A DNA stretch of 64,000 nucleotides from Leucoraja ocellata (GCA_036785375.1 JAWMAR010000485.1:1364001-1428000), one strand, 5' to 3'. Shown: positions 12,986 through 25,556, counted from the first letter of the stretch. A program made the numbers and translations. Notes: generated by a model not told the origin, from the sequence alone.

Positions 12986-13133
12986 ATCATGATGTACGAG
13001 GCGGAACTTGAGCAAGCACGAGGGGAGATGATCGTGGCTCTTCAGGCAATAGAAGATGAGAAGAACCAGACCATTGAAGAGGTCTTCCAGCACGCCCGCT
13101 CTGAAATGAAGACTGTACACGATAACCTGAATG
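12986..13133 (+). CDS. KIFC3: KIFC3-like exon IMMYEAELEQARGEM...VHDNLN
   Basis: tgcAG|...G|GTAGGT, 148 nt, phase 0/1; human IAMYESELERAHGQM...VHENLA. Confidence 0.93.
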
Positions 13134-13432
13134 GTAGGTGATGAGGAAGAAGCAATGAACTTCCTTGGACTAAGGAACTTGCATTTTAAAGGGATCTGTG
13201 CAATGAGGAGATGGTAATGCATATAATGTACCTTAACCTGACATTTGCTGCCTTGTGACAATTTGAGGCAAAGTGGGTGGAACTGGTGTGATTGAACATG
13301 AAGAGAGTGGACGCAGCACGTTGGAGAAGCAGAGTCGACGACTATTGAGGACAGTCTGACATGCAGCACTTCTAACCTCTGGGAAGCCAAGGGTCTTGTC
13401 ACCATGCTGACCTTTAAATCCTCTTCCTGCAG

Positions 13433-13563
13433 GTGTTCGAATGAATCTCCTCTCCATCCAACCAGCCCTAAAGACACTTACGAGTGATTACAACTGTCTG
13501 AAGAATCACGTTCGGGATTTTCCATGTCTCCTACAAGATGCTGTCAGCCAGACAAAGAAGGAT
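13433..13563 (+). CDS. KIFC3: KIFC3-like exon GVRMNLLSIQPALKTLTSDYN...TKKD
   Basis: cctgcAG|...|GTGAGT, 131 nt, phase 1/0. Confidence 0.94.
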
Positions 13564-13735
13564 GTGAGTAGTAACATGTTGTTAAGGAGTATGGGGTATA
13601 TAACTAGAGCCCCACGATGCAAGGGCACATGAAGTTGAGTCAATACTCTGTGCTCATGACCATTTTTATGCTGTGCCTGCAGCGCTGCTGATGTTTAGTG
13701 GATCCAGTATAGCACATGCACGTCTTCCTTTCCAG

Positions 13736-13847
13736 ATTTACCAGGCAGTGGAGGAGGCAAAAGGAATCAACCAGGATCTTCTGCGCAAGTACAAGAGGGA
13801 GATGCAGCTCCGCAAGAAGTGCCACAATGAGCTGGTGCGACTTCGAG
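13736..13847 (+). CDS. KIFC3: KIFC3-like neck exon IYQAVEE...LRKKCHNELVRLR
   Basis: ttccAG|...G|GTGAGT, 112 nt; kinesin-14 neck motif. Confidence 0.95.
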
Positions 13848-14051
13848 GTGAGTGGGATAATGTATGCGGTGAGAGTTTTGATCCTACACTACGGGGAGGT
13901 GCCCCTGATCCAAAATCAGCTGCTTAACATCTCCCCTGAGAGCAGATGATTATCAGCTGATCATTTAATGGCTGAAGCAAAAATAAAGCAAAAATTGCCT
14001 AAGCTTTCTAGAGTTCATTTCACAAGTGCCTCTTTGGTATTATTTCTTCAG

Positions 14052-14233
14052 GGAACATCCGTGTCTTCTGCAGAGTTCGCCCTATAACCAGGGAGGATGG
14101 CGCAGGGCCCGACAACAGGAATGTTGTTTCCTTCGATCAGGATGATGATGCGGTTTTGTGCATCTCGCATCGTGGAAAAACCTCTTTGTTTGAGATGGAT
14201 AAGGTTTTTCAACCATGTGCACTGCAGGTGGAT
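14052..14233 (+). CDS. KIFC3: KIFC3-like motor exon GNIRVFCRVRP...FEMDKVFQPCALQVD
   Basis: ttcAG|...|GTAAGT, 182 nt, phase 1/0. Confidence 0.95.
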
Positions 14234-15769
14234 GTAAGTGGACTTAATGTTACAACCAGATGATCACTGGGATGTGTGCGAGTCAGTCAGCACAGTTGCT
14301 GGATAAAGATCAGAGATGTTGGGCAGGTATATGGGAAGTCATAGACCAGGCTCTATCCAGTTTGCCTTCTATCACACGCGTGCCGTACTGAAGCTGTTGA
14401 CAACTGTATCAGTCTCTTACAAATATCTCCTGTTTCTTCTCTCCACAATAGCAATAGAATGGGGATTACACTCTTTTATCTGATATGGAGCATTGTGTGC
14501 CCATGTGCAGTAAGACCTGGACAATGTGCATGCATGGGGTCAAAGACAAGGAAACGGGCTACTGTTGAATTATGTGTCAAATGTCAAGGAAGACTCTTAT
14601 TCTCACCTTTGACATTCAGTTGTATTAGGTTCTGCATGAATCCTCCACCATTGATCACTTAATCAATGGTGGGAAGTTGGTCACCATTAGTCAAAAACTT
14701 AACCATGCCAACTATGGAATTGCATGACTACAATGGCGGGTCAACTGCTGGAGATGCTATGGTAGTGACTGACTTCTTGACCACCTAATATCCAAGAAGG
14801 CATTGGGGATGTGGTGGCACATTTTCCATTTTAATCTTTCAGCCACACTGGAGAATGACCATCCAGAATAAGCAACCACCTTGACTGGTGCCTTCTCCAT
14901 TGCCTTAACTGTCACTGTCCAACAGCAAGTTGGCTACATTCTGCACCAACCATAAAATGCAATGTTGCAGCTTCCCCAACAGCTCATCCTGAAACAATAT
15001 GCTCCAAGCATCCAAGGGGATGTACGCATGGCAATGTTGCTCATGTAAATCCCCCTCTGGGTCACATGGTGTCTCTTACTGTCACGGGATCTGTATCTTG
15101 CAACTTCTCACCCATCCTGCTGTGTAACACTACAAGAGCTGCAGTGTTTTAAGGCAGCAGCTCACTAGCACCTCCACTTCAAACAGGGGAAGCAGGGATG
15201 ATGATGATGAATGGTAACCCATGCCAGAGGTGCTCTTGTCCCATGAGTATTCTCACCCAAAAGGCCCTGAAATTTTGCAATGTAAACACCTGTTTAAAAA
15301 AAACTCACCCAATATATTAGGTTCTTCTGTTAGGGTCCCGTATACATGTGAATTCATCTGTTCCCTATTGCATTAGAATCTGGGGCAGATTTTATGATAA
15401 CCTGCACATTGTGTTTCCATTCCTCTACTCCTTTGAGTCTCTTTTGGATTCCTATTTTGTCCATACACGTATACTCCCTCCACTGGCGTGTATTTTCTGG
15501 GCAGTGTCCCACGCTTGTTAACTACTTATCTCCTGCCAGTGTGTGGGATCTTGCAAAATAGCTGCTTCATTTGTTTACATGATGGTGATTGTACTTCAAA
15601 GTAATTCACAATTTGAAGGTCTTCTGATATTTCTGTCAGCTGGAGGCACCAGTCAAAAATATTTTTTTTTCTCCAGTTCTGCTGGCCTCTCATGGATAGT
15701 TTGTGAATCAGCATGGTTTTATGTAGGACTAGCTCATCCTCTCCCGGTGAGCTGATATCTAACTCCACT

Positions 15770-16340
15770 CTTGTGGTTCGTATACAATATCGGTCTTCAT
15801 TAAGGAAGGGCGTAAATGTACTGGAAGCAATTCAAACAAAGTTTACTAAACTGATACCTAGGATGGTCATAAGATGCTGGGGTAACTCAGCGGACAGGCT
15901 GAGAAGGAATGGGTCGAGACCCTTCTTTAGCTGTCCTGCTGCCCCAGCATTTTGTGACTATCTTCAATTTAAACCGGCATCTACAGTTCCTTCCTACACC
16001 TGATACCTAGGATGGGTGGGTTGTCTTATGAGGAAATGTTGGATAGATTACATCTCTACAGGAGTTGAGAGAGAGGGGTCTTGATTGAAATATAAGATTT
16101 TGATCGGGTAGATGTGGGAAGGATATTACCTCTTGAGAGAATCTAGAGCTTGGTGTTGTACATTAAAAATAAACAGTTGTCTGTTTAAATCCTGTTTTTG
16201 AGGGTCATGAGTCTTCATGATTATCTTTGAACGACGGTTGAAGCAGAGTAAATGTCCTCGGGCCAGCAGTGGATAGATTCTTGGTCAACAAAGAGATGAA
16301 CGGTTGCTGCAAATGGATGGGATTGTGGGGCTGAGGTTTC
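15770..16340 (+). mobile_element. Degraded CR1 3' fragment hosting a Penelope-tail insertion
   Basis: LRKGVNVLEAIQTKFTKLIPRM in ORF 15713-16003. Confidence 0.7.
15867..15999. mobile_element. Fold-back Penelope-tail insertion, perfect 16-bp TSD
   Basis: ctgatacctaggatgg at 15851-15866 and 16000-16015. Confidence 0.85.
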
Positions 16341-16472
16341 AGTTCCTTCACTCAAACTGGGAACCTGGGCTTTCCTATGGAGAAGATGTGCATAAAACAT
16401 TGAAGGTTGTGTGTCTTGTCAAAACTCAACAGCATCATTCTCTGAATTAATTTATCCTGTTATTTACCACAG

Positions 16473-16577
16473 ATATTCCGGGAGGTTCAAGCTCTGATCA
16501 CATCCTGTATTGATGGCTACAATGTCTGCATTTTTGCCTATGGACAAACGGGCTCTGGGAAGACATATACTATGGAG
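16473..16577 (+). CDS. KIFC3: KIFC3-like P-loop exon [35 protein letters not shown]
   Basis: cacAG|...|GTAGGG, 105 nt; Walker A motif. Confidence 0.96.
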
Positions 16578-17162
16578 GTAGGGATTTTCATGGGATCCTT
16601 ACAAATCTCTTAAATAAGAATTAGCCATTGCAATATCAACAAATGCATCTTTTTGGATCTTTTGCAAGGAAAGCAGTTTGTAGGATGTAAGGGGCAAATA
16701 CTATATAAACTGTTCACACGACAGTTTGAGTTCATATTAACTCTAAAATGTTCAATTATTTGGGAAAGTAGGAAAACAATCCCAATAATCCATAACAAAT
16801 TTGCTGCTCCCCAGCACAATGCGAAAATGGTCTCACCAGCATGGGATCCCAATAATTATGAACATTTAAGGGGAAAAAAACTACAGGTGCTGGAAAAATA
16901 AAATAAAAACAGAAAATGCTCATCAGGTCAGACTGTATCTGTGGGAACAGAAATACAGTTAACATTTCAGGTTGGAGACTCTTTACTAAAACTGGGAAGG
17001 AGAAAAAAGAAGCTCATTATGCTGCAGGATGTCTCTGAGGTAAACCATTTTCTCCCACTTTTCTGTTTTGCCTGTAATTGCCTCACAGTCTCTGGAGAGC
17101 AAAGCGCTCCTTATTTTTCTCAGCCAAGTCACTGACCTTGGCCCATGTCCCTTTCCCTCCAG

Positions 17163-17293
17163 GGATTGCCAGACGACCCAGGGATAAACCAGCGCGCTCT
17201 CCAGCACCTGTTTGGGGAAGTGGCGGAGCGCTCAACGGACTGGGACCTGTCCATTACCGTCAGCATGGCCGAGATCTACAACGAAACGCTCAG
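17163..17293 (+). CDS. KIFC3: KIFC3-like motor exon GLPDDPGINQRALQHLF...SMAEIYNETLR
   Basis: ctccAG|...AG|GTACGA, 131 nt, phase 0/2. Confidence 0.95.
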
Positions 17294-17401
17294 GTACGAG
17301 ACTGGCCCGAGTAACAGAGGGCTGTGCTCCACATGTCGCCGTGTTTACGGGTGGGGATAATCTGTGGACGTGGTTGCTAATAGTATTTTCTCTTTTTATA
17401 G

Positions 17402-17449
17402 AGACCTGCTGGGGTCTGACCCCCAGAAGACTGAGGATCTAACTATGAG
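17402..17449 (+). other. Vestigial or cassette duplicate of the next motor exon (RDLLGSDPQKTEDLTMR)
   Basis: Strong acceptor tattttctctttttatAG, correct phase 2, reads RDLLGSDPQ like human RDLLGKEPQ; possible weak donor AG|GTTACT gives a 48-nt frame-preserving exon. Confidence 0.55.
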
Positions 17450-18527
17450 GTTACTAATACTTGCACTCTTATGGGAGCTGCATGATTGGTGATTGGTGCA
17501 ATGCTTTGGCATGGCTGTGGAGCTGAATTCTGTTTTCATTTTTTATTTTTTTAAGTAATCTGTGGCCTATTCAGAATTTCCAAGTGCTTTGTGCATCAGT
17601 CTTTGCAGTCCTTGGGAGGTTGACTGTAACTTCTGTATTCGTGATGTTATTAGGACACACACTCTTGCTTCAGTCCTGTTTGGCAGGATAATGGGCGTTC
17701 TGTATCCTCTCTCCTGGTCATATCCCTTCCATGTGAAAGATTTGATGCAGTCACATGTGATACAGTGTAATCACTAGTCATTCTGATGTTGAATCTTGGG
17801 CATTCCAGCCTGACCAAAGCCATTGAGAGCCACGAAGAGAGATTCTCCTCTGTTGTCTTTTCTCCCACCCCACCCCCCTCCCCACGGGAGGTTAAACAAC
17901 ATTTCTTCTTGTGGGATGGAAGAAAATTGGTGTGAGATTCTTTCATCATGGGAAGTCCATGCATGAATCCCTTTCCAGTAGGTAACAACAGAATAAATGG
18001 AAGGGCAGAATATGTTTACAAGGTGTGAGTATTTATGTAATACAAATTATTTGTGCTCAGAGGGACCTGGATGTCTTTGTATGCAATTTACTGAATATTC
18101 ATGTGCTGTTATAGTAAACAATTAGAAAGGAAGTGGTATATTGGCCTTTGTTGCAAGATAATTTGAGAATGTTGATGTTATTGCAATTACATAGCGAGCT
18201 GGTAAGACAACCCCTGGAATACTATCTATAGGACTGAATGCCTTACGGGACGAAGAATATAATTCTCACTGATGGAATGCAGCTGAAACTCTCTGGATTG
18301 ATACCACGAATGGCAGGATTGTGTGATGAGAGATTAAGCAGACTTGCCCTTTACTCTCCAGTTTACATGTATGTGAGCTGATCTCATTGAAATTTGTATT
18401 TGCACTAGGCAGGGTACCTACAGAGATGACATATTCCTTGATTGAGGTATATGGAACCAGGTCTCAAAGTATGTAGTAAACTATTCAGGGAAAGGACAGG
18501 AAGAAAAAATTATATATGTCTTAAGGT

Positions 18528-19513
18528 TATAACCATATAACCACATAACAATTACAGCACGGAAACAGGCCATCTCGACCCTTCTAGTCTGTGCCGAACA
18601 CATAATCTCCCCTAGTCCCATATACCTGCGCTCAGACCATAACCCTCCATTCCCTTCCCATCCATATAACTATCCAATTTATTTTTAAATGATAAAAACG
18701 AACTTGCCACCACCACCTTCACTGGAAGCTCATTCCACACAGCTACCACTCTCTGAGTAAAGAAGTTCCCCCCATGTTACCCCTAAACTTCAGTCCCTTA
18801 ATTCTCAAGTCATGTCCCCTTGTTTGAATCTTCCCTACTCTCAGTGGGAAAAGCTTTTCCACGTCAACTCTGTCTATCCCTCTCATCATTTTAAAAACCT
18901 TTATCAAGTCCCCCCTTAACCTTCTGCGCTCCAAAGAATAAAGCCCTAACTTGTTCAACCTTTCTCTGTAACTTAGTTGCTGAAACCCAGGCAACATTCT
19001 AGTAAATCTCCTCTGTACTCTCTCTATTTTGTTGACATCCTTCCTATAATTAGGCGACCAAAATTGTACCCCATACTCCAGAATTGACCTCATCAATGCC
19101 TTGTACAATTTTAACATTACATCCCAACTTCTATACTCAATGCTCTGATTTATAAAGGCCAGCACACCAAAAGCTTTCTTTACCACCCTATCTACATGAG
19201 ATTCCACTTTCAGGGAACTGTGCACAGTTATTCCCAGATCCCTCTGTTCACCTACATTCTTCAATTCCCTACCATTTACCATGTACGTCCTATTTTGATT
19301 TGTCCTGCCAAGATGAAGCACCTCACACTTATTAGCATTAAACTCCATCTGCCATCTTTCAGCCCACTCTTCCAACTGGCATAAATCTCTCTGTAGACTT
19401 TGAAACTCTACTTCATTACCCGCAACCCCACCTATCTTAGTATCATCTGCATACTTACTAATCCAATTTACCACACCATCATCCAGATCATTGATGTACA
19501 TGACAAACAACAG
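18528..19513 (-). mobile_element. Young 5'-truncated CR1 LINE (RT C-terminus, YADD), nested in an older + strand CR1 (about 17990-19760)
   Basis: 255-aa ORF 18743-19510 FVMYINDL...SKYADDTK...; tandem ataaccat tail. Confidence 0.93.
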
Positions 19514-19598
19514 TGATTTTTTTGAAATTCTCTATCCATGGAAGCTGTGAAGACCTGAAGGTGGGTACATTCGGTACACTAAGGGAATCAAATGAGTT

Positions 19599-19692
19599 GG
19601 ATACTGAGTTGGATGATCAGCCATGATCATATTGAATGGCGGTGCAGGCTCGAAGGGCCGAATGGCCTACTCCTGTACCTATTTTCTATGTT
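19599..19692 (+). mobile_element. CR1 3'-tail-only insertion with 11-bp TSD
   Basis: tcaaatgagtt at 19588-19598 and 19693-19703; gatcagccatgatc...ggccgaatggcctactcc tail. Confidence 0.75.
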
Positions 19693-21750
19693 TCAAATGA
19701 GTTAGCACAGGAAATTGTACGGAGGTAAAGGATTAGCCACAATTTTACTGAATTGGAGAGCAGGTGTTGTAGTGGTTGTGGGGGTCAGGGGACAATTGGC
19801 TAGTCGTATATATCTGTGAGGAGCCGCGTGGTTGGTGCCTAGGGTGCGCTTCATGGCAGCTGCAGCACCCTGAAACCAAGTCGGACAAACCGCCGAAAGA
19901 TCAAGCTAAAATTGGAACTACCTGACATCTTTGGCTTTGCATCTTCCCTATTCCCCTCCAAAGGAATCTCGGTCCAAACTTTACTCTGCTCTCTAATGGG
20001 GCCGGACCTCGAGCTGTGCAAACGCCCTATTTTTCCGCTTACTCTTTACACTTAACCTCTGGTGCCGGTTCCTGCTGTTGTGTTATTTTAATCTTTGTGT
20101 TTCAGCTAATGTATTCGCTGGTACTTGAGGATGATTAATCATGAGAGCGGATCAGTTGTGGGGCTTTGTCATGGGTCTTGTCTGGATCTGGGTTTATCCA
20201 ATTCCCCTTGCTGCTCACTCATCCATTACACATGGAAAAAAATGTTCTGCCACACAGAACTAGTTGATTCCACCTATTTCAATATCAACCTCATTGGGTG
20301 ACCTTGTGCGTCAATATCATTAAGAATATGTTCTTACTGGAATGGGTAGAACATGTGAATGCCTAAATGACAAAAGTCTTTGATATCAATAATTGGGCAA
20401 CCAACAAATTGCGTCAGTAAAATAAATGCCTCCAGATACAATGCAGGGCAGGTGCAGAATTAAACACTTCATTATTTCATCTAAACTGTTCAACAAGCAT
20501 GGACATGAAGTGCTAGACTGTTTCTGCCGTAATAGGGATGGGCTGATATTCTGGGTTCTATTTAAGCATGATTGACAATCAAGGAGAATGTGTTGTCGTA
20601 ATGAGCTCAATTGTTATTGCCAAAGAGAGTAACTCAAACGGGTTCATCAGAATTGGGCTGTACAACAATTTCTTAAGAGTTGTAATTTTGAATTTTAGTA
20701 CAAAACAAATATCTCAGAGGAATCTTTGTGCAGGGTGTGGAGCAGCTAAAGCCAAAATGATTGATTAATGTTGCCTGACGTTTGAGAAGAAAATTGAATG
20801 ATGTCTTCGAGAATATAACCTCACTGAAGTTAGTACTGGAGTACTGTTGAAATTGCTGATGTTTTTGTGATGCCATGTCCTTGATCTCTATTAGCCCTAA
20901 GTTCCGGGGCAATTCATGGGCAGGTCATCTTCCCTTCCCATATCAATACCAAAATTGCTTGCATTAGAATCTTCAAACTACAGTTGCAAAAGTTAAAGCC
21001 ACAACATTGAAAATCTCACCCCATATCCACCTACCTTACATTCCTGGTCTTTTTTCGTCTAAATAAGTTTATACTTGTTTCTCATTACTTTCTAATCTGC
21101 TGTCCACAGATCCACACACTTACAAGGTCGACCCCAAACTCCACCTCTTTTTGTTTGACCAAGTACATCTGCATGAATGTACGCATTGGGCAGCCACTCA
21201 TTATCCCTGGTGATCAGTTTCCAGGTCACTTGTGCCAAGAGTCTCCCCACTGTTCTCAGTTGCTAATAGAGAGCGTCCTTTGTTTTTTACACAGTGATTT
21301 CAAAGCTTGTAAATCTCAAACATATCTTAGATGTCGTTTGTTAGCTAATATTTACTTTTCAGTATTTAGATGTTTTATTATGTTTATTAATGGTGTATTA
21401 ATGCTTTCAGTGTTATAGGACATATCTATGTGTATTTTTAAATAGACTCCTTTAGCAGTGTCCATATTTTATTATCCATGGGGAAATCCATACCCCTATC
21501 CCTCAAGTATGAGGATTGGGTGTATTGTTTGGACCAATTGCAAATTTTCTGTTTACAATTCCACTTCTATGAGCACATAATGTACCCAGGCCCCTCGCTC
21601 CCTCTTGTCCAGTGCTTCCTGCTGCTCTGTGTCTGGTGTGGTCTTTTCCTCATTGTGGTTGTCTGTCTGATGGTGAGGCAATCCCTCTATGGGCTTTGGT
21701 AACTGCTAAGCTTTTGTTGAGGCCACTAGAATCAACTTATTTATTTGCAG

Positions 21751-21874
21751 GAACTTGTTGGCCAAAGACCCCAGCGAGAAGCTTGAAATAAAACTGAGTC
21801 CTGATGGCAGTGGGCAGCTCTATGTCCCGGGTCTGATTCAGATCAGAGTACAGAGTGTGGACGACATCAACAAG
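21751..21874 (+). CDS. KIFC3: KIFC3-like motor exon RNLLAKDPSEKLEIKLSPDGSGQLYVPGL...VDDINK
   Basis: ttgcAG|...|GTGAGA, 124 nt, phase 2/0. Confidence 0.95.
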
Positions 21875-21984
21875 GTGAGAGCCGTCTCTCGTTGTTTGCT
21901 TTGTGATGTGATGGAGGGAAAATAGAGACAGGACAGGCTTGCAGTGTTAAAGTGGAATGAGGATAGTGAATCTAAACGATAGCA

Positions 21985-22086
21985 GGCAGCCTTGGTAGCC
22001 TTACCCCATTACTCAAACCTCACGTCAAAAACCTTGGCGTGATATTTGACTCGGCATTGAAATTTGACAAACAAGTCAATGCCGTG
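21985..22086 (+). mobile_element. L2-clade LINE RT fragment
   Basis: Translates KPHVKNLGVIFDSALKFDKQVNAV. Confidence 0.7.
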
Positions 22087-22776
22087 GGATCACAAGTAGA
22101 GCCAATGTCTCACACCATCAAAGACCACTTTCAGTCCTGTGACTATGTGAGTTTGCATGTTCTCATGATGATTTGAATTCCCCCTGTAACCTCCTCCCCC
22201 CCCCCCCCCCCCCCCCCCCCCCCACCTTCCCTGCTACCCCAGAGTTCTCCAGCTTTCCATCCCCCATCCCAAATGTGCAGTTTGGATCACTGCAAATAGT
22301 CCCTGTTGTGTTGCTGAGTGGTAGAATCTGGCTGGGGTAAATTTCTGAGAATATTGAGAGAATAAAAAGTAGGATTAATGTAGGATTAACGGAGGTGGTT
22401 CTCGGCAGCATTGAGAAAATAACCAGATCATCCACTTTTAGTTGCCTTGTTTGATGTATAACTGTCAGCTAAGACTCTAAGTGGAACGCCCTTCAAAGTA
22501 ATGCAGTGTGCTTTGTGTGATCTATCTGAGCAAGAAGATGAGGCTGTGGTCTGTATCACAACACCTGGGAACTGCTCCATGTACCTTGGCCTTAATAGAG
22601 TGGGTAATTCTGCCAGTTTGAGCTGACAGCTGCGTCATGAACTTGTTATTATTCTAATGGTGAAAGCCATGTGTCTTCTAAAATTAGAGGAACACAGTAG
22701 GCACATTCCCGATAACCTTCATCCTGAAATTTGACCTTGAGAAATACCATTCATTGAGAGACTGCTGTTCCCACAG

Positions 22777-22906
22777 GTTTTCGAACTCGGGCGCGTGAAT
22801 CGGGCGACGGATTTCACAAACGTGAATGAGCACAGCTCGCGGTCCCACGCTCTGCTGATCGTCTCTGTGACAGGGATCAACCTCACCTCTGGAGCTCGCA
22901 CAGTAG
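22777..22906 (+). CDS. KIFC3: KIFC3-like switch I exon VFELGRVNRATDFTNVNEHSSRSHALL...RTV
   Basis: ccacAG|...G|GTACGA, 130 nt, phase 0/1. Confidence 0.96.
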
Positions 22907-23778
22907 GTACGATCTGAGCGCAACGAGGATGAGGCTTGGTAAATTAATCGCTTGGATGTCTCCACTGCATTAAAAGGAAGATTTACAGTCATCCAATGAT
23001 ATTAAAGAGCAAACATCTGGTGGCAATCTCCCGTGTATCGAAATTAGGTCATTTTAAAATAATTTTCAAAATGATGGGTCTTATTGAATATGCAGGAATT
23101 AATGGATGATTAAAATAGTCAAAGATTGTCCTGATTTGCACTGTTCAGGAAGTCACCAATTACAAGATTATTAAATTCTGTCAAAGAGGGCTTTCAATCT
23201 CCAGACAGTAAAAGCTCATGGGTGCCTCTGCTCTAAGCTAAATATCCCTCCCATACATGCTGTAGTCATCTCATGATGTCTCTACACCCATGCCACAGAC
23301 TGAAGTAGTTTATACTGGAGATTTCTAATTTGTGTTTGAATGTATTGGCTTTTAGATATGTGGTGGAGTGCTCCAGTGGGGATAGGGATTTCTCCATTTA
23401 CAATGTGACCTGGTTGAGCTTTCCCTTGGTGCCTGGTTTTAATGTGTTTGTGAAGTGCCCCAATTCTGCACTCAGGGCCCAGGATTGCCATGATTCTCCA
23501 CAAAGCAGGTGGAAGATTGTGGGATGTGACATCTCGGACAAGAGTGGTGGAGATGGATGGGGGTTTCTGATCCTTCTGGCCAATGAGTCAGTGATATTGG
23601 GGTGAAGAATGTGGTCTATGTTCTGGCTGTGGTGCATTGTAACTTGTAGAAAGTGATTCATGGTGTAGTTCCATGGAGCTTCTAACTTGGCTGATAACTC
23701 GTATCCTCTTCCTGCTTGGAGATGTGATTTACGTGGGGCTTTCCATTGCGTTCCAATTGCTGTCTTGCTTTTTTACAG

Positions 23779-24008
23779 GTAAATTAAACCTGGTGGACTT
23801 GGCAGGGTCGGAGCGTGTCGGAAAGTCGGGGGCAGAGGGGCCCCGGTTGAGAGAGGCCCAGAACATCAATAAGTCCTTATTGGCCCTGGGAGATGTCATC
23901 TGTGCCCTACGCTCCAAGCAGCCATACATTCCTTTCCGTAATTCCAAGCTGACCTACCTGCTGCAGGACTCCCTCAGTGGTGACAGCAAAACCCTCATGA
24001 TGGTCCAG
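23779..24008 (+). CDS. KIFC3: KIFC3-like switch II exon [13 protein letters not shown]...DSKTLMMVQ
   Basis: tttacAG|...|GTGAGA, 230 nt; DLAGSER, INKSL and [15 protein letters not shown] motifs. Confidence 0.97.
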
Positions 24009-25217
24009 GTGAGAAATCCTCCTGCCCACTTTAGCGAACCACTTCCATGAACCACTTCCATAGTGTAACCTGGAGAACTGGGGAAAGTTGAGAACAGCAG
24101 CTGATCTAAGCACCAGGATTTAGATGGATTTTGGAGGGATGGGGGTTGAAAATTGAGTAAATAGAAAGAGGAATGCAGGACTGCTCTAGAGTAATGAAGA
24201 CAGTTCGCAAGTAAGACATATATATATTACATAATCATAAGCTTGAATTTTAAGGCATGCAACACCAGCATTGTTTCCACACCTTGTGTCAATCTAGCCA
24301 CCCAATTCAGACATAGCAAAATTGCTCATAGCCCAACTGACCTTGCCCTTGACCCCAACTGTCCTCCTCATGGACATCATCGCTGGGGTTGAAATGGGGT
24401 TGGTCTGTTCTGCAGGGGAGATGAGTATTGGCCTGACGTAGCCAAACTCACAGAATCGCACCATGCGTTGTGTGAAACTACTACTCTATAGTTCCACTTG
24501 AGGCTGACCCACCAGATGGGTGATTATTATTGTACATGTGGGAAGGAGCAGCACTGGGAGTCCTCAACACTGACTCCAGCCCCCATCAGGTAAAATGTGG
24601 GCAAGGACCATCATCTCCCATTCTCTCTCAGCTGATGAATGCAAATTACTGTGGCTATAGAACAAACCTCCCCTCAGCTATATGACAGCATGTTGCTAAC
24701 TCCACTATCAAGAAGGACAAGCAGCAGGTACATGGCAACACCACCACCTGTGGGTTCACTTCCCATGTCACTCACTGTTGTGACTTAGAAAAATCACTGG
24801 GTCTGTATTGAAAACTCCCTTCGCAAAATGTTCCAGTTTGTTTCACAAGGGTTTTGCAGTGGCTGCTTGAGAAGATGACTTGCCATCACTTACTGGAAGA
24901 TAATTGGGAATGGGCAACAAATACTGGCCTTGCCATGATCCCCATGTTCCAGAGTGAATAAATAATGAGCAGTGGTGTTGGAGTAGGAGAGGGAGACATG
25001 GGTTTCCAGGTCTGTCAGGATATCTAGGAACTTCACGTGGAATTGTGTTGAGTAATTGCCTTTTATGTAGGATGCGCAGTAACCTCTTTGCTTGACCCCT
25101 TGTCCTTGAGTGGCCCACAACTGAGTAGAGCTACGATTGACCAACCTGGGCTAAGAATGAGTGATGTCATTATGCGAGTTGGACTGTTACTGCAGGATAT
25201 TCCTATCTAACCTCTGG

Positions 25218-25546
25218 ACAGCAAGCGCTGTCTGCGGAGGGCGCTCAGCATCGCCAAGGACTGCTCTCACCCCAACCATGGACTGTTTACCCTCCTACCA
25301 TCCGGGAGGCGCTACAGGTCTCTCCGTTGCCGAACCAGCAGGTCGAGGAACAGCTTCTTTCCGGCGGCTGTCACTCTACTCAACAACGTACCTCGGTGAC
25401 TGCCAATCACCACCCCCCCCCCCCGGACACTTATTATTATTTATTCAAATCGTTTGCTATGTCGCTCTTCCAGGGAGATGCTAAATGCATTTCGTTGTCT
25501 CTGTACTGTACAGTGACAATGACAATTAAAATTGAATCTGAATCTG
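25218..25546 (+). mobile_element. Rex1/Babar-like LINE 3' end abutting the KIFC3-like acceptor
   Basis: KRCLRRALSIAKDCSHPNHGLFTLLPSGRRYRSLRCRTSRSRNSFFPAAV; attaaa plus (gaatct)n tail. Confidence 0.82.
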
Positions 25547-25556
25547 ATTTTCACAG

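Noticed and set aside
12836-13477. 213-aa ORF on - strand
   Set aside because: Antisense shadow of KIFC3-like exons plus a Penelope-tail insertion; no domain or independent splice support.
22194-22223. Poly-C/G tracts (also near 29536, 31128, 39057, 46075 and 49404) as G-quadruplex elements
   Set aside because: Simple homopolymers, mostly inside TEs, with lengths unreliable in assemblies.
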